Source: Rubrivivax sp. (GTDB lineage: Bacteria; Pseudomonadota; Gammaproteobacteria; Burkholderiales; Burkholderiaceae_C). From it: a DNA stretch of 64,000 nucleotides. Below are positions 1-8,971 of this stretch, in pieces; the first letter of the stretch is position 1, and each line of letters opens with the position of its first letter. Location: positions 5,818-69,817 of the forward strand of contig JAHCKS010000015.1 of the NCBI GenBank assembly GCA_026125665.1, given 5' to 3'. The notes under the pieces were generated by a model, which saw nothing but the letters and a program-made list of their open reading frames with translations, did not search any database and was not told the DNA's origin. The translations under genes were made by a program, and so were the position numbers.

Positions 1-200
1 ACCTCGATCGTCTCCGGGTCGAGGCCGGGGGCGAAGGCGTAGATCTCCACCGACGCCGGCGAGACGCCGACGTTGAGCGCCGGGTAGCCGCCGCGACCGA
101 GGCCGCGGATGGCAGGGCTCGAATCGAACAGCGTCGACACCTCGCGCTGGAGGCGGTCGAACTCGGCGAACAGGTCGCGCGGGAACATGGTCCGGTACAT
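1..200 (-). CDS. Hsp20/alpha-crystallin small heat-shock protein (5' part, runs off the window)
   Basis: Not in the ORF track. Manual translation from ATG at 200 gives MYRTMFPRDLFAEFDRLQREVSTLFDSSPAIRGLGRGGYPALNVGVSPASVEIYAFAPGLDPETIE, with a GGAGG SD upstream. YPALNV...PGLD is typical of Hsp20. Confidence 0.85.
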   Translation of the reverse strand, partial: MYRTMFPRDLFAEFDRLQREVSTLFDSSPAIRGLGRGGYPALNVGVSPASVEIYAFAPGLDPETIE

Positions 201-320
201 GGCAGATCCTCCAAGTGGGGTCGCGATACGTCTCAAACTCGGGCCGGGCCGCACGGTTTTCAAGGGGTGCGCGGCGCGCCGTGACAGGCGCGGCCGAAGC
301 TTCGTGGCGGCCGACCGCGG

Positions 321-349
321 AGATAGGGTCGCGCCGCGCCGCCTTCAAG
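321..349 (-). promoter_or_regulatory. Putative sigma-32 (RpoH) promoter for hsp20
   Basis: Minus strand reads CTTGAAG-N14-CCCTATCT versus consensus CTTGAAA-N13-14-CCCCATNT. A second CTTGAAA lies at 264-258. Confidence 0.65.
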
Positions 350-365
350 GGGCCGTTGACGAGAC

Positions 366-393
366 CTTGAAAGCCGGCCGGTCGGCCGCAGCT
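366..393 (+). promoter_or_regulatory. Putative sigma-32 promoter for cbpA-cbpM
   Basis: Perfect CTTGAAA at 366-372, then N13 and CCGCAGCT (weak -10). Confidence 0.45.
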
Positions 394-421
394 TCATGTC
401 GTTGCGCGCGCGGCGGCAGGG

Positions 422-1411
422 GTGAGCTTGCAGTTCAAGGACTACTACAGCGTGCTCGGCGTGGCGCGCGACGCCACGGCCGAGGAGATCAAGAAGGCCT
501 ACCGGCGGCTGGCGCGCAAGTACCACCCGGACGTCTCCAAGGAGGCGGACGCGGCGGCGCGCATGGCCGAGGTCAACGAGGCGCACGCGGTGCTGGGCGA
601 CCCCGAGCGCCGCGGCGCCTATGACGCCCTGGGCAAGGGCCACCACGCGGGCGAGGCGTTCACGCCGCCGCCCGGCTGGGACGAGGGCTTCGAGTTCTCG
701 GGCCCCGGCGACGCCGACCTCGGCGACTTCAGCGAGTTCTTCGAGCAGCTGTTCGGCCGCACCGCGGCACGCGGTGCCGCCCGCTCGGCGAGGCAACCGG
801 CGCACGGGCACCATGCCGGCGGGCGTGGCGAGGACCACCACGCGCGCGTGCTGCTCGATCTGGAAGACGCGCTTCGCGGCGGAACGCGGCACGTGACGCT
901 GCGCACGCCGCAGCTCGGAACCGATGGCCGGGCGCGCCTGGTCGAGCGGACGCTCGAGGTGCGCATTCCGGCGGGCATGCGGCCCGGACAGTTGATCCGG
1001 CTGGCCGGGCAGGGCGGCGCCGGTGCGCCCGGGCAGCCCGCGGGCGACCTGCTGCTCGAAGTGCAGCTGCGGCCGCACCGGCGCTTCGCGGTGCGCGGCG
1101 CCGATCTCGTGGCCGAGCTGCCCGTGGCGCCCTGGGAGGCGGCGCTCGGTGCCGTCGTACCGGTGCCGATGCCCGACGGCGAGACGCTCAAGGTGCGCGT
1201 GCCGCCCGGAGCGCAGAGCGGCCGAGCCCTCACCGTGCGGGGCAAAGGGCTGCCCGGCGCCGTACCGGGCGACCTGGAGCTGGTGGTGCGGGTGTGGCTG
1301 CCGAGCGGGCTGGATCCGCGCGCGCGCCGCCACTACGAGGCGATGGCCCGCGAGCTCGGGGACTTCGATGCGCGTCGTGTCGCCGACGCCGAGATGGAAA
1401 GAGGAGGCTGA
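422..1411 (+). CDS. cbpA: DnaJ-class chaperone, CbpA type
   Basis: J-domain (KDYYSVLGV...YRRLARKYHPD), G/F region DFSEFFEQLFG, DnaJ C-terminal domain, no zinc finger. Confidence 0.9.
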   Translation: MSLQFKDYYSVLGVARDATAEEIKKAYRRLARKYHPDVSKEADAAARMAEVNEAHAVLGDPERRGAYDALGKGHHAGEAFTPPPGWDEGFEFSGPGDADLGDFSEFFEQLFGRTAARGAARSARQPAHGHHAGGRGEDHHARVLLDLEDALRGGTRHVTLRTPQLGTDGRARLVERTLEVRIPAGMRPGQLIRLAGQGGAGAPGQPAGDLLLEVQLRPHRRFAVRGADLVAELPVAPWEAALGAVVPVPMPDGETLKVRVPPGAQSGRALTVRGKGLPGAVPGDLELVVRVWLPSGLDPRARRHYEAMARELGDFDARRVADAEMERGG

Positions 1412-1412
1412 C

Positions 1413-1715
1413 GTGGGGATGCCGCGGGTGGACACGCCGGGCTGGCTCGACCTCGACGAGCTGTGCCGCCTCGTGCCGGCACCGCCCGAATGGGTGACCG
1501 AACGGGTGCAGGCCGGGCTCGTGGAGGCACATGCCGCGCCGGCCGACGCGGGCCCTGCGCAGTGGCGCTTCGACACGCTGGTCGTGGGCCGCATGCGCTC
1601 GATGCGGCGCACCGAGCGGTGCTACGACGCCGCGCCGGAGCTGGCGGCACTGGTCGCGGACCTCGAGGAGGAAGTCGCACGGCTGCGGGCGCAGCTGTTC
1701 GCGCTGGGCCGCTGA
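1413..1715 (+). CDS. cbpM: Chaperone modulator CbpM (MerR-like)
   Basis: 3' part of ORF 1023..1715. SD GAGGAGG at 1401-1407, start GTG 1413 or ATG 1419. LDLDELCR...WV..RV..GL..WRF...ALVADLEEEV, directly after cbpA. Confidence 0.8.
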   Translation: MGMPRVDTPGWLDLDELCRLVPAPPEWVTERVQAGLVEAHAAPADAGPAQWRFDTLVVGRMRSMRRTERCYDAAPELAALVADLEEEVARLRAQLFALGR

Positions 1716-1770
1716 CCCCGGGCGCGGTGCGGCGTGCCGCGCCGAGAGGGCCCGACCCGGCGCTGCCCGG

Positions 1771-2703
1771 TCAGCCGATGCGCCCGAGCAGCAGGTACTC
1801 CATCAGCGCCTTCTGCACGTGCATGCGATTCTCGGCCTCGTCCCAGACGACCGACTGCGGCCCGTCGAGGACCTCGGCGGTCACTTCCTCGCCGCGGTGC
1901 GCGGGCAGGCAGTGCATGAAGAGGGCGTCGGGTTGTGCCACCGCCATCATCTCGTCGTCGACGCACCAGTCGACGAAGGCCTTGCGGCGCTCCTCGTTCT
2001 CGGCCTCGTAGCCCATGCTCGTCCAGACGTCGGTGGTGACGAGGTGCGCGCCTTCGCAGGCCTGCAGCGGGTGGTTGAAGACGCGGTAGCAGCCCGCATC
2101 ACGCACGCCGGCCGCGGCCGGGTCGACCTCGTAGCCGCTCGGCGTGCTGAGGTGCACCTTGAATCCGAGGACCTCGGCCGCCTGCAGCCAGGTGTTGGCC
2201 ATGTTGTTGCCGTCACCGACCCAGGCCACGACCTTGCCCTCGATCGAACCGCGGTGCTCGATGAAGGTGTAGATGTCCGCGAGGATCTGGCAGGGGTGGT
2301 ACTCGTTCGTGAGGCCGTTGATCACCGGCACGCGCGAGTGCGCCGCGAACTGCTCGATCTTCGCCTGCTCGAAGGTGCGGATCATGACGAGGTCGACCAT
2401 GCGGCTGATGACGCGCGCCGTGTCCTCGATCGGCTCGGCGCGGCCGAGGTGCGTGTCACCGGTGGTCAGGTGGACGACCGAGCCGCCCATCTGGTACATG
2501 CCGGCCTCGAAGCTGACGCGCGTGCGCGTGCTGGCCTTCTCGAAGATCATCGCCAGCGTGCGGTCCACCAGCGGCTGGTAGCGCTCGTAGTTCTTGAAGC
2601 GCGTCTTGATGATGCGCGTGCGCTCGAAGAGGTAGGCGTACTCTTCGGCGCGCAGGTCCTTGATCTGCAGGAAGTGCTTCATCAGCGACGCACCGGGTTT
2701 CAT
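1771..2703 (-). CDS. argF: Ornithine carbamoyltransferase
   Basis: FEKASTRTRVSFE, HPCQ and FMHCLP motifs. Start overlaps the argD stop (ATGA). Confidence 0.95.
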   Translation of the reverse strand: MKPGASLMKHFLQIKDLRAEEYAYLFERTRIIKTRFKNYERYQPLVDRTLAMIFEKASTRTRVSFEAGMYQMGGSVVHLTTGDTHLGRAEPIEDTARVISRMVDLVMIRTFEQAKIEQFAAHSRVPVINGLTNEYHPCQILADIYTFIEHRGSIEGKVVAWVGDGNNMANTWLQAAEVLGFKVHLSTPSGYEVDPAAAGVRDAGCYRVFNHPLQACEGAHLVTTDVWTSMGYEAENEERRKAFVDWCVDDEMMAVAQPDALFMHCLPAHRGEEVTAEVLDGPQSVVWDEAENRMHVQKALMEYLLLGRIG

Positions 2704-3902
2704 GGCTTCGCCGGCTCGGCGAGGAAGGCCTTGATCAGCGGGCACAACGTGGCGGCGATCTGCCGCGCCTCGTCGGCGCTGAGGATGAGCGGCGGCAGCA
2801 GGCGCACGACGCTGTCGGCGGTGACGCTGATCATCAGCCCCGCCTCGGCGGCGCGCTGCAGCAGTACGCCGCAGGGGTGCGCGAGCTCGATGCCGACCAT
2901 CAGACCCTGTCCGCGGAACTCGACGACACCGCTCTCTCCGGCCAGCCCGGCCTTCAGCGCACCGTGCAGCACCTCGCCCACCGCGGCGGCGTTGGCGAGC
3001 AGGTTGTCCTCTTCCATGATGCGCAGCGTCTCGACGCCGGCGCGCATGGCCAGCGGGTTGCCGCCGAAGGTGGTGCCGTGGTTGCCGGGGCCGAGCACGT
3101 CCTTGGCCTTCGGGCCGACGACGATGGCGCCGACCGGGACGCCGGAGCCGAGACCCTTGGCCAGCGGCATCACGTCGGGCACGATGCCGGCCCACTGGTG
3201 CGCGAACCACTTGCCGGTGCGCCCGAGGCCGCACTGCACCTCGTCGAGCATGAGCAGCCAGCCCTGCCTGTCGCACAGCGCGCGCAGCTGGCGCAGGTAC
3301 TCGGCGCGCGTCTGGTTGATGCCGCCTTCCCCCTGGATGACCTCGAGGAACACGGCGACGACGTTCGGGTTCGTGCGCGCCACCTGCTCGACGGCGGCGA
3401 AGTCGTTCAGCGGCACGCGGACAAAACCCTCGACGAGCGGCTCGAAGCCCTTCTGCACCTTGGGGTTGCCGGTGGCCGACAGCGTGGCGATCGAGCGGCC
3501 GTGAAAGGCCTTCTCGTAGACGATGATCTCGGGGCGCTCGATGCCCTTGTCGTGGCCGAACTTGCGGGCGATCTTGAGCGCGCCCTCGTTGGCCTCGAGG
3601 CCGCTGTTGCAGAAGAACGCCGCCGAGAGGCCCGAGATCTCGCACAGCTTTGCCGCCAGTTGTTCCTGCAGCGGCACCTCGTAGTAGTTGCTGCAGTGGA
3701 TCATCCTCGCCACCTGATCCTGCAGCGCCGGCACGAGCTTGGGGTGGCCGTGGCCGAGCGTGTTGACGGCGATGCCGCCCAGGCCGTCGAGGTACTTGCG
3801 GCCCTGCGTGTCCCACAGCCACGCCCCCTGGCCGTGCGACAGTGCAATGGGCAGGCGGCCGTAGGTGTTCATCACGTGCGGCATGGTGGCGGGGGCGTTC
3901 AT
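2700..3902 (-). CDS. argD: Acetylornithine aminotransferase
   Basis: FFCNSGLEANE, FHGRS, LDEVQCGLGRTG, AKGLGSG, HGTTFGGNPL. SD AGAGGAG. Confidence 0.92.
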   Translation of the reverse strand: MNAPATMPHVMNTYGRLPIALSHGQGAWLWDTQGRKYLDGLGGIAVNTLGHGHPKLVPALQDQVARMIHCSNYYEVPLQEQLAAKLCEISGLSAAFFCNSGLEANEGALKIARKFGHDKGIERPEIIVYEKAFHGRSIATLSATGNPKVQKGFEPLVEGFVRVPLNDFAAVEQVARTNPNVVAVFLEVIQGEGGINQTRAEYLRQLRALCDRQGWLLMLDEVQCGLGRTGKWFAHQWAGIVPDVMPLAKGLGSGVPVGAIVVGPKAKDVLGPGNHGTTFGGNPLAMRAGVETLRIMEEDNLLANAAAVGEVLHGALKAGLAGESGVVEFRGQGLMVGIELAHPCGVLLQRAAEAGLMISVTADSVVRLLPPLILSADEARQIAATLCPLIKAFLAEPAKP

Positions 3903-4224
3903 CGACACGTGACTCCTCTTGGGCCAGCCGGCGCGCGCCGGCGTGACAGCAGATGCAAAGCGCCGGGCGGCGACCCACAGGTCACGGTCCGGCGCGGCAA
4001 CAAATTCTATGCGGCGCTTCGCGCGCGGCCGCCCGCGCATGGCTCAAGCGCCGGTGCCCGCTGCCGATGTGCCACGGATCGACCGGTCCGGAGCGGATTC
4101 CAACATGCATGCTGCGACGCAGCAACAGTTGGGCACAATGTGCCCTGCACAGGGCGGGATGCCCCCGCCGCTGCGGCCGCCGGTGCCCGCTCCGCGCCGA
4201 GGGGCCGCGCTGCGTGCGCAACCG

Positions 4225-4566
4225 ATGACCGACAGCAGCCAGGCTCCGCGACAGTTCTACATCCACGGCGTCACGAACGCCGGCAAGGTGTTCCGCCCCA
4301 GCGACTGGGCCGAGCGGCTGGCCGGGGCGATGTCGTCGTTCCGCCCGGGCGCGCCGCGCGGCGGCGGCATCGGTGCCTTCATCGGCTATTCACCGTACTG
4401 CGTGCCGCAGGTGGTGGATGGCGTGCGGTGCGTGCTGGTGAACGAGGCGCTGCGCGACATCGAGCCGATGGCCTGGGACTTCGTCATGGACTTCGCGCGC
4501 GACAACGACCTGCCGGTGGCCGAGGTGTGCGTGTTGCCCGACGTGGCGCCGCCGAAGAAGTCCTGA
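4225..4566 (+). CDS. DUF3579-family protein
   Basis: IHGVTNAGKVFRPSDWAERL...YSPY...FVMDFARDNDL. The usual neighbour of argD/rpsT in betaproteobacteria. Confidence 0.8.
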   Translation: MTDSSQAPRQFYIHGVTNAGKVFRPSDWAERLAGAMSSFRPGAPRGGGIGAFIGYSPYCVPQVVDGVRCVLVNEALRDIEPMAWDFVMDFARDNDLPVAEVCVLPDVAPPKKS

Positions 4567-4589
4567 GGGCGCGGCGCGCCGGAAAGACG

Positions 4590-4611
4590 AAGCCCGCCGG
4601 AGGCGGGCTTT
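4590..4611. terminator. Bidirectional intrinsic terminator between DUF3579 and rpsT
   Basis: AAGCCCGCC-GGA-GGCGGGCTT hairpin with short T runs on both strands, between convergent genes. Confidence 0.7.
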
Positions 4612-4638
4612 CGCAAGGGGAGGGTGGCGCGAGGGCGG

Positions 4639-4941
4639 TCAGGCGGCCGTGGCCATCGCCTTCAGGCGGGCAGCAAGCCGGCTCTTGATGCGCGCCGCCT
4701 TGTTCTTGTGGAAGATGCCCTTGTCGGCCACCGAGTCGATGACGCTCTGCGCCGAACGGAAAACCTCGCCGGCCTTCGCCTTGTCGCCGCCGGTGAGCGC
4801 CTTCTGCACGTTCTTCACCACGGTGCGGAAGCGCGAGCGCAGCGAACTGTTGTGGGCGTTGAGCTCGACGTCCTGGCGCGCACGCTTGCGGCCGGACGCG
4901 AGACGGACGGTCTTCTTCTTGGCTTTGGACGAAGTGGCCAT
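4639..4941 (-). CDS. rpsT: 30S ribosomal protein S20
   Basis: SGRKRARQ...[10 protein letters not shown]...[17 protein letters not shown]. Confidence 0.95.
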   Translation of the reverse strand: MATSSKAKKKTVRLASGRKRARQDVELNAHNSSLRSRFRTVVKNVQKALTGGDKAKAGEVFRSAQSVIDSVADKGIFHKNKAARIKSRLAARLKAMATAA

Positions 4942-5078
4942 GGTGTAGTGCGCGGGATGCGCAGGTCGCGCGGGTCGGTCTGGGTAGGAGTGCCGAAAGG
5001 CAAAGACTGCGGAGTATAGCAAACAGCTTGCCGTGGGTCCGGGGGCCGCGGGGGCGCTGCCTATAATCCCGCCCGCTC

Positions 5079-6635
5079 GTGAACCTGCTCAAGGCCGCTT
5101 CCACCGTCTCGCTGCTCACGCTGGTTTCGCGCATCACGGGCCTCGTGCGGGAGCAGCTCATCGCGGCGATGTTCGGGGCCAGCGCCGCCACCGACGCCTT
5201 CAACGTCGCGTTCCGCATCCCCAACCTGTTTCGGCGCCTGTTCGCCGAGGGGGCGTTCTCGCAGGCCTTCGTGCCGATGATCGGCGCGACGCGCGAACGC
5301 GACGGCGACGCGGCGGCACAGCAGCTCATCGACGCCGTTGCCACCGTGCTGTCCTGGGTGCTGCTGGCCACCTGCATTGCCGGCGTCGCGGGCGCGCCGG
5401 TGCTCGTCTGGCTCATCGGCGCCGGTCTCGCGCAGTTCGACACGGCGGTGCTGCTGACGCGCCTGATGTTCCCCTACATCGGCCTGATGTCGCTGGTGGC
5501 GCTGGCGGCAGGCATCCTCAACACGTGGAAGCGCTTCGCCGTGCCGGCAGTGACGCCGGTGCTGCTGAACGTCGCCGTCATCGCGGCGGCGTGGCTGGGC
5601 GCGCCCTGGTTCGAGCGGCACGGCGTGCAGCCGATCCTCGCGCTGGCGTTCGGCGTGATGCTGGGGGGCCTGGCGCAGGCGGCCGTGCAGGTGCCGGCGC
5701 TGCAGGCGATCGGCAAGCTGCCTCGCATCGGCCTGGCGCCGGCGGCGCTGGCCGCGGCCTGGCGTGACGCCGGCACACGCCGCGTGCTCGCCCTCATGGC
5801 GCCGGCGCTGCTCGGCGTCTCGGTGGCGCAGCTGTCGCTCGTCATCAACACGCAGATCGCCTCGCACGTGGCGGTGGGGGCGGTGTCGTGGCTGAGCTAT
5901 GCCGACCGGCTGATGGAGTTTCCGACCGCGCTGCTCGGGGTGGCGCTGGGCGTCGTGCTGCTGCCGCAGCTGAGCGCCGCCGACGCGCGCGCCGACGCCG
6001 CGCGCTACAGCGAGTTGCTCGACTGGGGCCTGCGTCTGGTCGTGCTGCTGGCGCTGCCCTGCGCCCTCGCGCTGCTCGTGTTCCCGGCCGGTCTGGTCAG
6101 CGTGCTGTACCACTACGGGCGCTTCGGCAGCGCCGACGTGGCGGCCACGGTGTGGGCACTGCGCGGCTACGGCGTCGGCCTGCTCGGGCTCGTCGCGATC
6201 AAGGTGCTGGCGCCGGCCTTCTACGCCCGCGGCGACATCCGCACGCCGGTGAAGATCGCCATCGGCGTGCTCGCGGCAACCCAGGCGATGAACCTCGTGT
6301 TCGTGCCCTGGCTCGGGCACGCCGGCCTGGCGCTGTCGATCGGCCTCGGGGCGATAGTGAACGCGGCGCTGCTGCTCGGCGGCCTGCTGCGGCGCGGCAC
6401 GTACCGGCCGGCGCCGGGATGGGTGCCGTTCGTGCTCAAGGTGTTGCTCGCCAACGCCGGCCTTGGCGCAGGGCTGGCCTGGGCCGCCCAGGCGATCGAC
6501 TGGATCGCCTTGCAGGCGAGCCCCTGGCAACGCGCGGGCGCCGTCGCGGCGGTGCTTGGCGGCGTGGCGCTGCTGTACTTCGCCGTCCTCGGCGCCTGCG
6601 GTCTGCGGCCGCGCCAGTTCGTGCGCCGCGGCTGA
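5079..6635 (+). CDS. murJ: Lipid II flippase MurJ (MviN)
   Basis: [32 protein letters not shown], multiple TM segments, divergent from rpsT. Confidence 0.95.
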   Translation: MNLLKAASTVSLLTLVSRITGLVREQLIAAMFGASAATDAFNVAFRIPNLFRRLFAEGAFSQAFVPMIGATRERDGDAAAQQLIDAVATVLSWVLLATCIAGVAGAPVLVWLIGAGLAQFDTAVLLTRLMFPYIGLMSLVALAAGILNTWKRFAVPAVTPVLLNVAVIAAAWLGAPWFERHGVQPILALAFGVMLGGLAQAAVQVPALQAIGKLPRIGLAPAALAAAWRDAGTRRVLALMAPALLGVSVAQLSLVINTQIASHVAVGAVSWLSYADRLMEFPTALLGVALGVVLLPQLSAADARADAARYSELLDWGLRLVVLLALPCALALLVFPAGLVSVLYHYGRFGSADVAATVWALRGYGVGLLGLVAIKVLAPAFYARGDIRTPVKIAIGVLAATQAMNLVFVPWLGHAGLALSIGLGAIVNAALLLGGLLRRGTYRPAPGWVPFVLKVLLANAGLGAGLAWAAQAIDWIALQASPWQRAGAVAAVLGGVALLYFAVLGACGLRPRQFVRRG

Positions 6636-6666
6636 GGCCAGGCCGGGCCGATACACTGCCGCCGCG

Positions 6667-7542
6667 ATGCCTTCCCCGCTGCACTTCGAAGCGCCCACGG
6701 CCCTCGAGTACTTCGCTACGCTCGTGGCCGACGATGCCAGCCTGTCGGTGCTGGAAGCGTCGATCGCCGTCGCGCAGGAGGATCTCCCGGGGCTCGACCC
6801 GCAGGCCGTGCTGGCCGAGGTCGACGCGTTGGCCGAGCGGCTGCGCCGGCGCATCCCGGCCGACGCCGGCGCGGTGCAGAAGCTGCGCCTGCTCAACCGC
6901 TACTTCTTCCAGGAGCTCGGCTTCGCCGGCAACGTCAACAACTACTACGACCGCCGCAACAGCTACCTGCCCGAGGTGCTGCGCACGCGCCGCGGCATCC
7001 CGATCACGCTGGCGCTGCTGTACGTGGAGCTGGCGCAGCAGCTGGGGCTGAAGGCCGGCGGCGTGTCGTTCCCCGGCCACTTCCTCGTCAAGGTGCACCT
7101 GCCCGGTGGCGAGGTCGTGATCGACCCCTTCGACGGACGCTCCCTGTCGCGCGAGGCGCTGGAGGAAAGGCTGCTGCCCTACCGCCGCCGCCACGGCCAG
7201 CGCGGTGACGACGAGGTGCCACTCGGGCTGTACCTGCAGAAGGCCGAGCCGCGAGCGGTGGTGGCGCGCCTGCTGCGCAACCTGAAGGAGATCCATCGCG
7301 GCGCGCGGGACTGGCAGCGCCTGCTGGCCGTGCTCGACCGGCTGGTCGTCCTGCTGCCCGACGACTGGGACGAACGCCGCGACCGCGCCCTCGTGCGCGC
7401 CGAGCTCGGCCGCCTCGACGACGCGGCGATGGACCTTGCGATCTACCTGCAGCGCCGGCCCGACGCGGCCGACGCCCCCGGCCTTCGTTCGCTGCTCGAT
7501 GCCTGGCACCGCCGCGGCAGCGCGCGCGCAACGAAACGATGA
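6667..7542 (+). CDS. SirB1/YchA-family transglutaminase-like + TPR protein
   Basis: FFQELGFAGNVNNYYDRRNSYL...RRGIPITL, SFPGHFLV, IDPF, ERRDRAL. Confidence 0.85.
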   Translation: MPSPLHFEAPTALEYFATLVADDASLSVLEASIAVAQEDLPGLDPQAVLAEVDALAERLRRRIPADAGAVQKLRLLNRYFFQELGFAGNVNNYYDRRNSYLPEVLRTRRGIPITLALLYVELAQQLGLKAGGVSFPGHFLVKVHLPGGEVVIDPFDGRSLSREALEERLLPYRRRHGQRGDDEVPLGLYLQKAEPRAVVARLLRNLKEIHRGARDWQRLLAVLDRLVVLLPDDWDERRDRALVRAELGRLDDAAMDLAIYLQRRPDAADAPGLRSLLDAWHRRGSARATKR

Positions 7543-8306
7543 GGCAGGTGCCTCTGGACTTCGGCTATGGGCCGGAGTGCACGTTCGACAACTTCACGCC
7601 CGGCGCGAACGCGGCCGCGCTCCAGCACCTGCGCACGCTCGGCGCGGCCGCCGCGCCGGTCTACCTGTGGGGCCCGAGCGGCTGCGGCAAGACGCACCTG
7701 CTGCGCGCGCTGGCCGCGCGCGTGCGGGCGGCCGGCGGGGTCGTCGGCAGCTTCGAGGCCGGCCAGGGGCTGCCGTGGACCATCGATACCGGGTGGAGCC
7801 TCGTCACGGTCGATCGCTGCGAAGAGCTCGGCCCCGACGCGCAGCGTGCCGCCTTCGCGCTGTTCGAGGCCGCCGCGGCGGACGGCGTGGCCTTTGCTGC
7901 CGCGGGCCGCCTGCCGCCCGTGGACCTGCCGCTGCGCGACGACCTGCGCACCCGGCTGGGCTGGGGCCACGTGTTCGCGCTGGCGCCGCTCACCGAGCCC
8001 GAGACGCGGGCCGCCATCCGGCGCGAAGCCGACCGCCGCGGCGTGCTTCTCGGCGACGAGGTCATGAGCCACCTGCTCAGGCACCACCCCCGCGACCTGG
8101 CGACGCTGATGCTGCTGGTGGAGCGCCTCGACCGCTACTCGATCGAACGCGGCCGGCTCGTGACGCTGCCGCTGTTGCGCCAGATGCTCGGCGAGGAGGG
8201 CGGGTTGCCCGACGAACAGGCGGGCGCAGCGCCGCCCCGGGCCGCCGAGGCCGGTGGTCCGCCCGGTGCACCCGGGCGCGGTGTGGCGCAGGGCCGGGGC
8301 GCATGA
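7539..8306 (+). CDS. hda: DnaA regulatory inactivator Hda
   Basis: N-terminal clamp-binding QVPLDF, TFDNF, YLWGPSGCGKTHLL, DLRTRLGWG. Confidence 0.88.
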   Translation: MRQVPLDFGYGPECTFDNFTPGANAAALQHLRTLGAAAAPVYLWGPSGCGKTHLLRALAARVRAAGGVVGSFEAGQGLPWTIDTGWSLVTVDRCEELGPDAQRAAFALFEAAAADGVAFAAAGRLPPVDLPLRDDLRTRLGWGHVFALAPLTEPETRAAIRREADRRGVLLGDEVMSHLLRHHPRDLATLMLLVERLDRYSIERGRLVTLPLLRQMLGEEGGLPDEQAGAAPPRAAEAGGPPGAPGRGVAQGRGA

Positions 8307-8971
8307 GACTGGCCTTGTTCGACCTTGACGGCACGCTGCTGCCGGGCGACTCCGACCACGCCTTCGGCGAGTTCCTCGTGCGCCTGGGCTGGGCCGACGG
8401 CGCCGACTTCGCGCGCCGCAACGACGTCTTCTACGCCGACTACCACGCCGGTCGGCTGGACATCGCCGACTACATTGCCTTCATCACCGAGCCGTGGCGC
8501 GGGCGCCCGCTGGCCGAGGCCGACGCAGCTTCGCGGCGCTTCATCGACGAGGTCGTTCGCCCGATGCTGCGTCCCGAGGCGCTGCAGCTGATCGAGCGGC
8601 ATCGGCGCGAGGGGGATCTGCTGGCCATCGTCACCGCCACGAACGACTTCGTCACGCGGCCGATCGCGCGGCTGCTCGGCGTGCCCGACCTCATTGCCAC
8701 CGAGCTCGAGCGCGACGGCGCCGGGCGTGCCACGGGCGCGATCCGTGGCGTCCCGGCGTTCCGCGAGGGCAAGGTGACACGCGTGCAGGCCTGGCTCGCC
8801 GAACGCGGTGCGTCGCTGGAAGGCTGCACGCGCAGTGTCTTCTACAGCGACTCGACCAATGATCTCCCGCTGCTGGAGCGCGTCAGCGACCCCGTGGCGA
8901 CGAACCCCGGCCCGAGCCTCGAGCGCCTGGCGCGCGAGCGCGGCTGGCCGGTGCTGAAGCTCTTCACATGA
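8303..8971 (+). CDS. HAD-IB family hydrolase (SerB-like)
   Basis: LFDLDGTL, IVTAT, FYSDSTNDLPLL. ATGA overlaps at both ends. Confidence 0.9.
   Translation: MRLALFDLDGTLLPGDSDHAFGEFLVRLGWADGADFARRNDVFYADYHAGRLDIADYIAFITEPWRGRPLAEADAASRRFIDEVVRPMLRPEALQLIERHRREGDLLAIVTATNDFVTRPIARLLGVPDLIATELERDGAGRATGAIRGVPAFREGKVTRVQAWLAERGASLEGCTRSVFYSDSTNDLPLLERVSDPVATNPGPSLERLARERGWPVLKLFT

Noticed and set aside
201-240. ROSE-type RNA thermometer in the hsp20 leader
   Set aside because: No U(U/C)GCU anti-SD motif or convincing SD-sequestering stem.
1771-3978. 735-aa ORF suggesting an argD-argF fusion or frameshift
   Set aside because: The N-terminal part is off-frame argD sequence. argF has its own ATG overlapping the argD stop.
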